Of a stretch of DNA of 64,000 nt, positions 10,000 through 19,855 are shown in pieces. The notes under the pieces were generated by a model. The model was not told the DNA's origin, did not search any database, and saw only the letters and a list, made by a program, of their open reading frames with translations. The translations under genes and the position numbers were made by a program. How positions within the stretch are numbered: the stretch's first letter is position 1; each line of letters starts with the position of its first letter. Origin of the DNA: Bacteroidia bacterium (GTDB lineage: Bacteria; Bacteroidota; Bacteroidia; NS11-12g; UBA9320); assembly GCA_020849295.1 (NCBI GenBank), contig JADLGN010000015.1, positions 91,168 to 155,167 of the forward strand, read 5' to 3'.

Positions 10000-10500
10000 T
10001 TATTCGGATATTTTCTTTACTCCATATTTTTTTACAAAATATTCGCTAAGCATTTCGGCATAATAGCCTGTACATTCTAAGGCATCTACTACATCATGTT
10101 GATTAATATTGTCAGCCAATTGCTTATATTTTACAGCAAGAACACTGTCTTTCAAGTTAATAATTAAACTTGCTTTGTACAAATGAAAATTAATATGAAG
10201 GAGTTCTTCATAAAACTTAAATTTATTTTCATCATTAGGCAATTTTGTAATAGGTGCTATTACCTGAAATGTTGTATTGTTGTTTTGTTCTACTGTGTAA
10301 TTCCAATCTGTATTGTGTTCAGGAGTCCAAAGGTCAATAAACAAACAAATTGGTCCTCTGAAAATTTGCCACTGTCCGGGTTCTTCGCCACGTATTTCAG
10401 CAGCTTTTACTCCTAATGTTTCTATTGATGATTCAACTATATCTATATATTGTTTTAACATTTTGTTGGTTTTTTTAAAAATTTTTTGCAAAGATAACAA
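10000..10500 (-). CDS. Hypothetical cytoplasmic protein, possibly YbjN-like. The true start is probably the internal Met (MLKQYID).
   Basis: The ORF is about 150 aa after start correction, and it has no signal peptide. No family is assigned. Confidence 0.35.
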   Translation of the reverse strand: MLSLQKIFKKTNKMLKQYIDIVESSIETLGVKAAEIRGEEPGQWQIFRGPICLFIDLWTPEHNTDWNYTVEQNNNTTFQVIAPITKLPNDENKFKFYEELLHINFHLYKASLIINLKDSVLAVKYKQLADNINQHDVVDALECTGYYAEMLSEYFVKKYGVKKISE

Positions 10501-10609
10501 GTTGTTACAGCTTATTTTTTAATTTAAAAGTTTTGATTTTTGTTATATTAATAAAAGATTTTTATACAATAATTTTTTAAACATCTACTGTAAAAAAATC
10601 TGTATGCAA

Positions 10610-12631
10610 TTAGTTTTTTATTATAGTTTTTGAATATATTTTACCATTGCTATCAAAATAAAAAAGATAAATACCTTTTTTTAAATTTTCGCTTGTTATT
10701 TCAGTATTTGTATTAGGCAATATACTTTTTGATAATATAGTTTTACCGCAAATGTCAAGTACTTTTAAATCTGATTTTACAGGTGAATAAATTTGAATTT
10801 TTTCGCAAAACGGATTAGGATAAATTTTTATTTTTTTTTCTAAGTTTTCTTTTACCAAAGTAGTTTTTGCTGCAAAGCAAAATGAATCACTATTTTGTTT
10901 TTTTTCATTGTATCCACTTGCATTAAACCTGTAGCAACCACCGCTAATTATATTTATACTATCGCTGTATTTGTATTTCTGAAACAAAAATTTATTGCTA
11001 AAATTTTCTGTAATATTTTGCCAACGATTAGTTTTTTTATTATATATCTCAAGATTTATCGAGTTTACATTTACTTGCAAGTCACTTTCATATTCAAAGT
11101 AAAATTTACTGTTTTCATTTTGCTTTTTGTTAATAGTATATTTTAAAATAAAAACGTCATCAGATGTGTTCAATGCTCTTAAAGTATCAAAATTATAACG
11201 GTAATATGAAGTTAAATTTTCAGTAATATTTGTTTTTGGAATACCAATAGAAGGGTATTGGCGCATCTGTTGCCACCATTCTGGTTTTGTATTGCTATAA
11301 AAGCTTGCCGGCAATATTATATTATTAAAAGATGCAGTATCAATTTTAGTCCTGTAATTAAAAAGTATTGTATTTCCTTTACCGCTATAGTTACATAAAT
11401 TTCCTACAATTTCATTTGCAATAAAATGAGTATTATCTCCGGCTGCTTCATTCATAAAAACTCCCCAAAGTGTAGCTCGGTTTCTAAAGAATAAATTATT
11501 TGGACCATTAATTCCATGAGAATTGTCAATTACTATATTTCCTACCTGATTTTGTTCAATAAGGTTTGCAAAGGGATAATTGCCATGCAATACTATTTCT
11601 CCGGCTGAGTTTGAAGGTAATAAAGCTTCTGTCCAATATGGATTTTTTGAGTAATTCCCTATGATAATATTTCCATTTGCTCCGCTTTGCAATAGAATAC
11701 TATGTCTTAAATTTTCGAAAATATTGTTTTCAATTCTGCATGATGTTGAAGTATTGCTCAATTCAGTTCCATAAGCTTTGCCACCTCCTCCATAATCTAA
11801 TCCATGATGAATATAGCAATCTCTTACCAAACAATTGTAGCTTTTTGAGAAAGTAATATGCGACATATTTGTATTTATGCTTTCTACGCCTTTTACTTCA
11901 CAATTTGCAGCATATTGAAAGTTGAAATTATTTGTTTGACTGCTTGTTTTATCTTTGCGTTCGATACTGAAAAATCTGAAATTGACATTGTTTATGGGGA
12001 TTATTTTTCTATATCTTACATTGTTTTTTACCTTAAAATCATGTTTAAAATCTCCATATATAAAAACATAATTATTTTCAATTGATTTTACTTTTATTAT
12101 TTGTCCGATTGACTGCATTGCCCAGTCAGAAGTAGCAAAATTTTCAGCATCTATCAATATTTCATAGTATGCTTTATTTTCAAAAACATTTGAATTGCAA
12201 ATGAAATTTTCTGATCTCGCCTGTAAGTCTGATTTTAATTGAATAAAATTATTTTTTTGAGTACTTCTTATTTCAAACAAATTTCCTATTCCTCCATTAT
12301 CAAATATCAATTTAGTTTTATCAGCTCCTTTACCTTCTATTGATACATTTGATTTTAGAAATATTGTTTTTGAAAATTTATAAATTCCTTCGCTTAAAAT
12401 TATTACAGTTTGGCTATCTATATAGCTTTTGTCTATAATTGATTGTAAAAGTATTGAATTGTCGTACTTTCCACTATTATCAAATCCTATGGTTTTCGAT
12501 AAAATTATTTTTTTTGGTAATTCGGATAATGAATTTTCAGAAATATTCCATTTGTATATAATACTGTCAGGGATTTGGCTTTTTAAGCAGACAGTGAAAA
12601 AGATGAATAATATTTGAAAAAATATTTTCAT
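10610..12631 (-). CDS. Secreted right-handed parallel beta-helix (pectin-lyase-fold) protein with a T9SS type-A C-terminal sorting domain
   Basis: It has a signal peptide. The beta-helix repeat block is NIIIGNYS..GEIVLHGN..NIVIDNSHGI. The C-terminus KIYPNPFCEKIQIY...KGIYLFYF..SKTIIKN has the type-A (Por_Secre_tail) pattern. Confidence 0.75.
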   Translation of the reverse strand: MKIFFQILFIFFTVCLKSQIPDSIIYKWNISENSLSELPKKIILSKTIGFDNSGKYDNSILLQSIIDKSYIDSQTVIILSEGIYKFSKTIFLKSNVSIEGKGADKTKLIFDNGGIGNLFEIRSTQKNNFIQLKSDLQARSENFICNSNVFENKAYYEILIDAENFATSDWAMQSIGQIIKVKSIENNYVFIYGDFKHDFKVKNNVRYRKIIPINNVNFRFFSIERKDKTSSQTNNFNFQYAANCEVKGVESINTNMSHITFSKSYNCLVRDCYIHHGLDYGGGGKAYGTELSNTSTSCRIENNIFENLRHSILLQSGANGNIIIGNYSKNPYWTEALLPSNSAGEIVLHGNYPFANLIEQNQVGNIVIDNSHGINGPNNLFFRNRATLWGVFMNEAAGDNTHFIANEIVGNLCNYSGKGNTILFNYRTKIDTASFNNIILPASFYSNTKPEWWQQMRQYPSIGIPKTNITENLTSYYRYNFDTLRALNTSDDVFILKYTINKKQNENSKFYFEYESDLQVNVNSINLEIYNKKTNRWQNITENFSNKFLFQKYKYSDSINIISGGCYRFNASGYNEKKQNSDSFCFAAKTTLVKENLEKKIKIYPNPFCEKIQIYSPVKSDLKVLDICGKTILSKSILPNTNTEITSENLKKGIYLFYFDSNGKIYSKTIIKN

Positions 12632-12669
12632 ATTGTAATAAAATTAGCTTTAGCACAACAAACATAATA

Positions 12670-13380
12670 TTATTTTCCAATAATAAAAATACAAGGAATT
12701 TTATTTAAATCAATTTTTTTGTTTTTCCAGTTTGCAATATTCATTCTACTTATAATCTGATTTGGCGAAGTTATTCCTGCCGCCACAAACAGAACAGTTT
12801 CGTTTTTTAAATTTTTTATGAGTAGTTCGAGTAACTGATTGTTTCTATACGGTGTCTCCATAAATATTTGAGTTATTCCGTTTGTTAACATTTCGTTTTC
12901 TAAAGTTTTTACTTTTTTAATTCTCAATGATGTATCTAAAGGCAAATATCCGTTGAATTTAAAATTCTGTCCACCAAGTCCACTTGCCATTAATGCCAAA
13001 AAAATACTCGAATTTCCTCCAAATGGTACAACTTTAATATTTTTTTTATGTGCAAATTCAACAGCAAAAGCACCAGGATCGGCTACACACGGAATTCCTG
13101 CATCACTTATCAATCCTATGTTTGAGCCTGAAATACAATTTTTGAAAATATCATTATAGTCAACTTCTTTTAGATTGTGTTCATTGTAAATATGAAATAT
13201 AAAATTGTCTTGTTTTAATGGATGTTCGATTGACTTTAAAAAAGCTCTTGCTTTTTTTTCTGACTCAACAATAAATTCATTTATCGTATAAATAATTTTT
13301 AATTGATTTAGTGGCAAATCATCTTTGCTACCTGCATAAAGATAATTTGGTATCAGATATAACTTCCCTTTATAGTGCAT
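12670..13380 (-). CDS. SAM-dependent methyltransferase of the tetrapyrrole-methylase family (RsmI-like)
   Basis: The motifs LISDAGIPCVADPG and VVPFGGNSSIFLALMASGL are present. They correspond to the RsmI DAGxPxxSDPG and VVPxPGxSAxxxALxxSGL motifs. Confidence 0.6.
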   Translation of the reverse strand: MHYKGKLYLIPNYLYAGSKDDLPLNQLKIIYTINEFIVESEKKARAFLKSIEHPLKQDNFIFHIYNEHNLKEVDYNDIFKNCISGSNIGLISDAGIPCVADPGAFAVEFAHKKNIKVVPFGGNSSIFLALMASGLGGQNFKFNGYLPLDTSLRIKKVKTLENEMLTNGITQIFMETPYRNNQLLELLIKNLKNETVLFVAAGITSPNQIISRMNIANWKNKKIDLNKIPCIFIIGK

Positions 13381-13460
13381 TTAAAGCAACAATGATAATC
13401 AGTAATTATAAATTTTCAACGAATAAATTTTAAAAGTAATTTTGACACTTTGTTTATTGA

Positions 13461-15509
13461 ATGAAAAAATTAATAATACCACCCCAAGCCATTAGAAAAC
13501 CAAAACAATTAGAAATACACGGAGATGTAAGAATTGACGAATACTACTGGCTGAATGAAAGAGAAAATTCGGAAGTAATAAAGTATTTGAAAGATGAAAA
13601 TATTTATACTGAAAAAGTACTAAAACATACCGAAGCATTTCAACAAAAACTTTTTGAAGAAATGAAAGGCAGAATTAAAAAAACTGATGAATCTGTACCA
13701 TATAAATACAATGGATACTGGTATTATACAAGGTATGAAGAAAACAAAGAGTATCCAATATATTGTCGTAAGAAAGATACACTTGATAATGAAGAAAAAA
13801 TTATACTCGATGTAAATATACTAGCCGCAGGTAAACAATATATTGATGTTTCAGGGCTTTCGGTAAGTGAAGATAATAAAATTCTCGCTTATGGAACAGA
13901 CACATTAAGCAGAAGAATTTATACAATTTATTTCAAAAACCTGCAAACTGATGAAATATTGCCTGATTCAATTGAAAATACAACTGGTAGCTGTAGCTGG
14001 GCAAACGACAGTAAGCATGTTTTTTATACAGAAAAAGATACAGTAACTCTGCGTTCATGTAAAATTTATATTAAGAAATTAGGCGAAAAACAATCAAAAC
14101 TAATCTATGAAGAAACTGACAATACTTTTAATACCTATGTTTATAAAAGCAAGTCGAAAAAATATATAATAATTGGTTGCGACAGTACGTTGACAAACGA
14201 ATACAGAATTCTTAATGCCGATAATCCAAAAGGGAAATTTAAAATTTTTAGTAAACGAAAAAAGAATATTGAATATGGAATAGCACATTACGATGACAAG
14301 TTTTATATTATTACAAATTATAAAGCCCGAAATTTCAGGTTAATGCTTACTGAAGAAAGTAAAACTAATATAAAAAACTGGAAGGAAGTTATTCCAAATA
14401 GAAATGAAACAATGCTTGAAGGGATTGAGATTTTCAAAGATTATATGGTGTTGGATGAACGTACAAATGGACTAACTCAATTAAGAATAATAAACAATAA
14501 AGATAAAAATGAACATTATCTTGATTTTGGCGAACCGGTATATAGTGCCGGAATTTCTATAAATCCGGAGTTTGATAGTTATGTTTTGCGTTATGGCTAT
14601 ACTTCACTTACAACTCCAAACAGCACTTTTGAATATAATATGCAAAGCAAAACTAAAAAATTGCTTAAACAGCAGGAAATTGTAGGAGGCTATAACCCCG
14701 AAGAATATAAAACAGAAAGAATTTTTGCTACAGCTAAAGATAAAACCCAAATACCTGTTTCTATTGTTTATAAAAAATCATTAAAAAAAAATACAGGAAA
14801 TCCACTGCTTTTATATGGTTATGGCTCTTATGGTGCCAGTATGGATGTATATTTTAGTTCTGTTAGACTGAGTTTGTTAGACAGGGGATTTGTTTTTGCA
14901 ATTGCACATATAAGGGGAGGGCAGGAAATGGGAAGAAAATGGTATGAAAATGGCAAATTATTAAGGAAGAAAAATACATTTACCGATTTTATAGCATGTG
15001 CAAATACGTTACTAAAACTTGGATTTACAAACAACAAAAACTTATATGCAATGGGAGGAAGTGCCGGAGGATTGCTAATGGGTGCAGTAATAAATCTTAA
15101 ACCTAATTTGTGGAATGGTGTTGTAGCTCAGGTACCATTTGTTGATGTGGTAACAACAATGCTTGACGAAAGTATCCCACTTACTACCGGAGAATATGAC
15201 GAATGGGGCAATCCTAATAATATTAAATATTATAATTACATTAAATCATATAGTCCTTATGATAATATAAAACCGGCAAAATATCCGTCAATGCTAGTCA
15301 CTACCGGATTGCACGACAGTCAGGTTCAATATTGGGAGCCTGCAAAATGGGTTGCCAGATTGAGAGAAAACAATATCGGTACAAATAAAATACTATTGTT
15401 TACTAATATGGATACGGGTCATGGCGGAGCATCCGGTAGATTTGAAAGGCTAAAAGAAATTGCTCTCGAATACGCTTTTTTACTTAATCTTGAAGGAATA
15501 AAAATTTAA
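13461..15509 (+). CDS. ptrB: Oligopeptidase B (S9A prolyl-oligopeptidase family serine protease)
   Basis: The N-terminal beta-propeller region carries EYYWLNEREN..YLKDENIYTE. The C-terminal alpha/beta-hydrolase domain carries GGSAGGLLMG with catalytic Ser, plus D and H contexts. The length is 682 aa. Confidence 0.8.
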   Translation: MKKLIIPPQAIRKPKQLEIHGDVRIDEYYWLNERENSEVIKYLKDENIYTEKVLKHTEAFQQKLFEEMKGRIKKTDESVPYKYNGYWYYTRYEENKEYPIYCRKKDTLDNEEKIILDVNILAAGKQYIDVSGLSVSEDNKILAYGTDTLSRRIYTIYFKNLQTDEILPDSIENTTGSCSWANDSKHVFYTEKDTVTLRSCKIYIKKLGEKQSKLIYEETDNTFNTYVYKSKSKKYIIIGCDSTLTNEYRILNADNPKGKFKIFSKRKKNIEYGIAHYDDKFYIITNYKARNFRLMLTEESKTNIKNWKEVIPNRNETMLEGIEIFKDYMVLDERTNGLTQLRIINNKDKNEHYLDFGEPVYSAGISINPEFDSYVLRYGYTSLTTPNSTFEYNMQSKTKKLLKQQEIVGGYNPEEYKTERIFATAKDKTQIPVSIVYKKSLKKNTGNPLLLYGYGSYGASMDVYFSSVRLSLLDRGFVFAIAHIRGGQEMGRKWYENGKLLRKKNTFTDFIACANTLLKLGFTNNKNLYAMGGSAGGLLMGAVINLKPNLWNGVVAQVPFVDVVTTMLDESIPLTTGEYDEWGNPNNIKYYNYIKSYSPYDNIKPAKYPSMLVTTGLHDSQVQYWEPAKWVARLRENNIGTNKILLFTNMDTGHGGASGRFERLKEIALEYAFLLNLEGIKI

Positions 15510-15525
15510 AAAAACTTCAATTTTA

Positions 15526-16176
15526 TTACTCAAATTTGCTAACCGCATCTTTGTGTCGGAGCATTTTTATTAATTGAATAAAAGCTGTAATTGCAAAAAT
15601 ACTCCCTATAGCCCAATTGATATATTGTTGGCTGTTGTCTATTTTTTGAACAAGTAGTTTTCCTCCAAATATAAAAACACAATTACCTGCCAAAGTTCCA
15701 AGCCCAATTCCTGTAATATATAGATTGTATTGACTTTTTACAGGCTCAAGAATTTTTTTTGAAAATAAAACTGTACTCCAGCCAAACCAAAAAGGAATTT
15801 GAACCGGATTAATTGCACACATCATCATACCAAGTATAAAGCGGTGCATATTGTTAAGTAAAATTGCATTTTTTGAATTTTCACCGTTAAGTGCAGCATA
15901 AAAACTCCCCGAAGCAAGGGCAATAATTATAGTAAGTGTAATCCACTCCATAGCCATCATTATTTTTTTTTGCTTCCTTATCCAGTCTATACCAACTAAA
16001 GATATTCTAACATAAATCATTTCTACAAGCAAAGAACCCAAAGAAAAATAAATTGCATTTTGCACATTTTCCTGTATTCCTATTTGCATAGCAGCCACAT
16101 TTAATGTGCCTAATGGAAGACTTCCTAGAAAACTAACAAGCAGACCCCATAAAAATACATTAATTAATTTTTGCAT
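15526..16176 (-). CDS. LysE/RhtB-type small-solute exporter family membrane protein
   Basis: It is a polytopic membrane protein with the N-terminal LPLGTLN motif (resembling LysE PGPxN), and it is about 210 aa. Confidence 0.5.
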   Translation of the reverse strand: MQKLINVFLWGLLVSFLGSLPLGTLNVAAMQIGIQENVQNAIYFSLGSLLVEMIYVRISLVGIDWIRKQKKIMMAMEWITLTIIIALASGSFYAALNGENSKNAILLNNMHRFILGMMMCAINPVQIPFWFGWSTVLFSKKILEPVKSQYNLYITGIGLGTLAGNCVFIFGGKLLVQKIDNSQQYINWAIGSIFAITAFIQLIKMLRHKDAVSKFE

Positions 16177-16179
16177 TAT

Positions 16180-17229
16180 TTATATAAGTTGTTTGTCTAT
16201 TTCTTTTAATTTTTTAAAACTTTTGTTGAAATCATTCAAAAACCTATATCCTTTGATAAATGACCATTTAGGAACTCCTTGTTTTTTATTGTACTTACAT
16301 ATTTCAAAAAGCAATTTCCAGTGTTTTAATATTTCGCGGTATGCTCCAATAAGGGTATAACCAGTATCGTAAAAGTGATTTGGTTCTGCGCCACATCCGT
16401 TGTATTCAAGAATTTTAAAATTTTTACCTTCTTTCAAACTTTCAACATCGCTGCAAAGTATATCGTACCTCCCATAAAACAAATCATTTGCTGCAATACT
16501 TATTTTATCATAAAAATCTGTAAGCTCAGTGTCAATGTGGTTTTTTAAATCAATAAAATGTGCACCACGATTGTGGTTGGCTGCATGGCTTAACATATAT
16601 TTGGTTTTATCAGGAATTATTTTATCCCAATTATTAGAATGTTTTATTTTTAATTCTTCAATTTTATCAGCCGCTTTATGATGATTTGCCACAAGTTGCG
16701 AAAGTGTATGTATTCCATCACCTATTACGTTTAGAGGTACTTTGTGCAGAAATCCCGTAATTATACCCTTATTTTCCCATGGTTTTCTGATATAAAATAT
16801 ACTTACTTCGGTTTGGTATTCTACTTTTTGTTGTATGAGATAATCTACCGGTATGATATTATGATATTTTGCTAACTGATTTTCATTTTCAATAATTCTA
16901 AATAGTACACCTTGTTTGCCCACATCAGGTTTTACTATAAAAGGATATTTTATATTGTTATTTTTAATGTTTTCAATTATTGAGTTGAAATTTTGCCTTG
17001 CTTTTACAAGTATGGTTTCGGGGTATAAATTTTTAGATAGTAAATTGTATATATCAGATTTTTTTTCACCATCTAATCCCCCAAATTCAATTTTTGGGTT
17101 ACTATAAGCAAAAAACCAAAAAGAACGCAATCTTATACAATACCAAATCCATACAAAAATGATAGGAGAATATAATATTTTAAAATTCCAACTTTCCCAA
17201 TTTGTAATAGATTTATAAATGTTTTTCAA
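16180..17229 (-). CDS. Putative ATP-grasp-fold protein with an N-terminal membrane anchor
   Basis: An FIVKPDVGKQG-type ATP-grasp lysine loop is present, with a DxN-like region and an N-terminal TM helix. The family is not firmly assigned. Confidence 0.4.
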   Translation of the reverse strand: MKNIYKSITNWESWNFKILYSPIIFVWIWYCIRLRSFWFFAYSNPKIEFGGLDGEKKSDIYNLLSKNLYPETILVKARQNFNSIIENIKNNNIKYPFIVKPDVGKQGVLFRIIENENQLAKYHNIIPVDYLIQQKVEYQTEVSIFYIRKPWENKGIITGFLHKVPLNVIGDGIHTLSQLVANHHKAADKIEELKIKHSNNWDKIIPDKTKYMLSHAANHNRGAHFIDLKNHIDTELTDFYDKISIAANDLFYGRYDILCSDVESLKEGKNFKILEYNGCGAEPNHFYDTGYTLIGAYREILKHWKLLFEICKYNKKQGVPKWSFIKGYRFLNDFNKSFKKLKEIDKQLI

Positions 17230-17240
17230 AAATTAATTGT

Positions 17241-18206
17241 TTATTTTTTTTCTGACTTTGCTTTTTTTCTAAAATATCTTTTGAACAAAATAGAATGTTT
17301 TAATGCTTCCATATTTTCACTAAAACTTTTCGAACCCTCTTTCAGATTTACAAGAGATTCGTTCAAATCATTAACAAGTGTAGTATCCATAAGCAAAGTA
17401 CCAACATTTCCTTCGCCGCGCTTTATTTTATCTGTAATATAATTTAAATCACCGCTTATAAGAGCAGTATTATCAGTAAGTGCATTTACTTTTACAATAG
17501 TTTGATTTAGTTTTCCCGAAAATGATGTGTCCATAATCAATGACCCCACTGAGCCTTTGCCGGCTTTAATGTCTTGTACAATTTTTCCAATATTTCCTGT
17601 GATTATGGCTGTACGTTCGCCTGTAAGTTTAATGTTTACTACAGCATTTTTTATTTCATTTATCAATTCTCTATCATTCAGTAAATCCCAAATCGCATTA
17701 CTGTTGTTTATCTTATTTGTAATTTGCTTTAAATCTTCGGTTATTTTTTTTGTATTGTATGAAGTACTTGTTAATGTTTTAATCATATCGTCAATATCCA
17801 TAGGCTTTTTTGTATCAAGTATGTCGCCATCTGATACAGTTTCGCTTTTTATTTTTGATGTAACAATATTTATTAGCTTATTTCCCATAAGTCCATCAGT
17901 ACCTATGCTTGCTATTGATTTTTTCTTAATATGTTTTTTAACCTTTTTATCAATAAGCATAGTAATTTTTACTGTTGTGTCATTTATTATATCAATATTT
18001 TCAACTGTACCTACATCAATTCCGGCAAATCTCACATTGTGCCCGGTCATTAGTCCATTTACATCCTTAAATTCAGCGTAAATTCTGAAATTAGAACCAA
18101 AAAGATTTTGTTTTGCACCAATTATATACATAGAAACTATGAGTGCCAATGTGCCAATTACCACAAATAATCCCAAGCTTACGTTTCTTATAAATGTATT
18201 GTCCAC
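17241..18206 (-). CDS. mlaD: MlaD/MCE-domain substrate-binding protein
   Basis: An N-terminal TM is followed by the MCE domain (FKDVNGLMTGHNVRFAGIDVGTV). The gene is adjacent to the MlaF/MlaE-like genes. Confidence 0.75.
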   Translation of the reverse strand: MDNTFIRNVSLGLFVVIGTLALIVSMYIIGAKQNLFGSNFRIYAEFKDVNGLMTGHNVRFAGIDVGTVENIDIINDTTVKITMLIDKKVKKHIKKKSIASIGTDGLMGNKLINIVTSKIKSETVSDGDILDTKKPMDIDDMIKTLTSTSYNTKKITEDLKQITNKINNSNAIWDLLNDRELINEIKNAVVNIKLTGERTAIITGNIGKIVQDIKAGKGSVGSLIMDTSFSGKLNQTIVKVNALTDNTALISGDLNYITDKIKRGEGNVGTLLMDTTLVNDLNESLVNLKEGSKSFSENMEALKHSILFKRYFRKKAKSEKK

Positions 18207-18212
18207 TTTTAT

Positions 18213-18953
18213 TTAATTAAAAAAACTTAATACACGTTGGTCTTTTGATTCTTTAAGAGATAAATAAGTACCTTCGGCATAATTTGTTCCTTCAATAAGC
18301 ATCACTATTCTGTCTGCTACAATTTTCACGCAATTTATATCATGCGAAATTAATACAGAAGAAGTTTTATATTTATCCTGAATTTCCACCATCAAATTAC
18401 TTATCTCTCTCGAAGTAATTGGATCAAGTCCCGTTGTTGGTTCATCATACAAAATTATTTTTGGTTTTAAAATAAGTGTACGAGCAAGAGCAATTCTCTT
18501 TTTCATACCGCCCGATAGCTCAGATGGCATCATGTTGGCAGTTTCGGGTAGTTTTACATTATCCAATGCTTCACTTACCAGTAAATTTATTTCTGTTTCA
18601 CTCAAATGTCTTTTATGCCTTCTTAAAGGAAACAGTAGATTTTCTTTTACAGTCATTGAATCATACAAGGCATTACTTTGAAATAAAAATCCTACCTGAG
18701 CCCTTATTTTATCAAGTTCTTCAATATTTAATGTTGAAATATCTTTGTTTAAAACAAAAATTTCACCTTTTTCAAATTTTATCAAACCAATAATACATTT
18801 TATCAAAACAGATTTTCCGGAGCCAGATTTACCTAATACAGCTACACTTTCACCTTCATTCAAATCAAAATTAAAATTCTTTAACACATTATTTGTTCCA
18901 AATGATTTGTAAAGATTTTTTATAGTAATTACTGAATTTTTTACCGCAGTCAT
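18213..18953 (-). CDS. mlaF: ABC transporter ATP-binding protein (MlaF-like)
   Basis: Walker A is GKSGSGKS, the ABC signature is LSGGMKKRIALAR, and the Walker B motif is ILYDEPT. Confidence 0.85.
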   Translation of the reverse strand: MTAVKNSVITIKNLYKSFGTNNVLKNFNFDLNEGESVAVLGKSGSGKSVLIKCIIGLIKFEKGEIFVLNKDISTLNIEELDKIRAQVGFLFQSNALYDSMTVKENLLFPLRRHKRHLSETEINLLVSEALDNVKLPETANMMPSELSGGMKKRIALARTLILKPKIILYDEPTTGLDPITSREISNLMVEIQDKYKTSSVLISHDINCVKIVADRIVMLIEGTNYAEGTYLSLKESKDQRVLSFFN

Positions 18954-18961
18954 TCTTTAAT

Positions 18962-19750
18962 TTATGTTAATCCTAATAAATCTGTAATCTGTACTGCAAT
19001 AAGGTCTATGATAAAAACAAGCAGAGATGAAATTACAACCGATGAGTTTGCAGAAAGCCCTACTCCCTCAGTCCCTTTTTGTGAATTATATCCTTTATAG
19101 CAACCTACAATTCCTATAGCAAAACCAAAAAAGAAAGTTTTTAAAAGTGATGGAATTATATCTGCATAAACGAGCACATCAAAAACCTGACTCCAAAACA
19201 AATTCCAACTTACCACACCTCTTAAATTTGTACCTAAATATGCACCATATAGCGAAATTCCGTCAGCTAAAACAGTAAGAACAGGAATCATAAGTGTTGT
19301 GGCAAGAACTCTTGTTACAACAAGATATTTAAAAGGATTAGTTCCTGATACCTCCATTGCGTCAATTTGTTCGGTAACTTTCATCGAGCCAAGTTCTGCA
19401 CCTATCCCCGAACCAATTTTTCCGGCACAAATCAATGCTGTAATTACAGGTACTATTTCGCGAACAAGAGAAACAGAAACCATTTTGGGCAACCACGCTT
19501 CAGCACCAAATTCTACAAGAGTAGGTCTTGATTGAATTGTAATAACCAAACCCATTATTAATGCTGTTACTGCTACAAGTGGTAATGATTTATTGCCTAT
19601 ATAATAACATTGCCTTGCAAATTCATTGTACTCAAACGGGCGATTGAAAATTAATTTAAAAAACCTTAAAGCGAATTTAGTTATTTCGCCGGCTTCGTTT
19701 AGAACATTGTAAAGTGGTTTTAAGATTTTACCTCTGTCTTTTTTCATCAA
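18962..19750 (-). CDS. mlaE: ABC transporter permease (MlaE family)
   Basis: The MlaE signature QIDAMEVSGTNPFKYLVVTRVLA is present. It is a polytopic membrane protein. Confidence 0.8.
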   Translation of the reverse strand: MMKKDRGKILKPLYNVLNEAGEITKFALRFFKLIFNRPFEYNEFARQCYYIGNKSLPLVAVTALIMGLVITIQSRPTLVEFGAEAWLPKMVSVSLVREIVPVITALICAGKIGSGIGAELGSMKVTEQIDAMEVSGTNPFKYLVVTRVLATTLMIPVLTVLADGISLYGAYLGTNLRGVVSWNLFWSQVFDVLVYADIIPSLLKTFFFGFAIGIVGCYKGYNSQKGTEGVGLSANSSVVISSLLVFIIDLIAVQITDLLGLT

Positions 19751-19855
19751 AATTTATAAAATAAAATTTTCAACGAAGTAAACTATTTTCTTTGTTTAAA
19801 AGTAATGCAATTTTTTAAATTTAATTAAATATAAATTTGTGCTGATTTTAAGAAA

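Noticed and set aside
17527-18081. 184-aa plus-strand ORF opposite mlaD
   Set aside because: It is antisense to the MCE-domain gene. Its hydrophobic, S/F/I-rich translation is an artefact of the AT-rich reverse frame.
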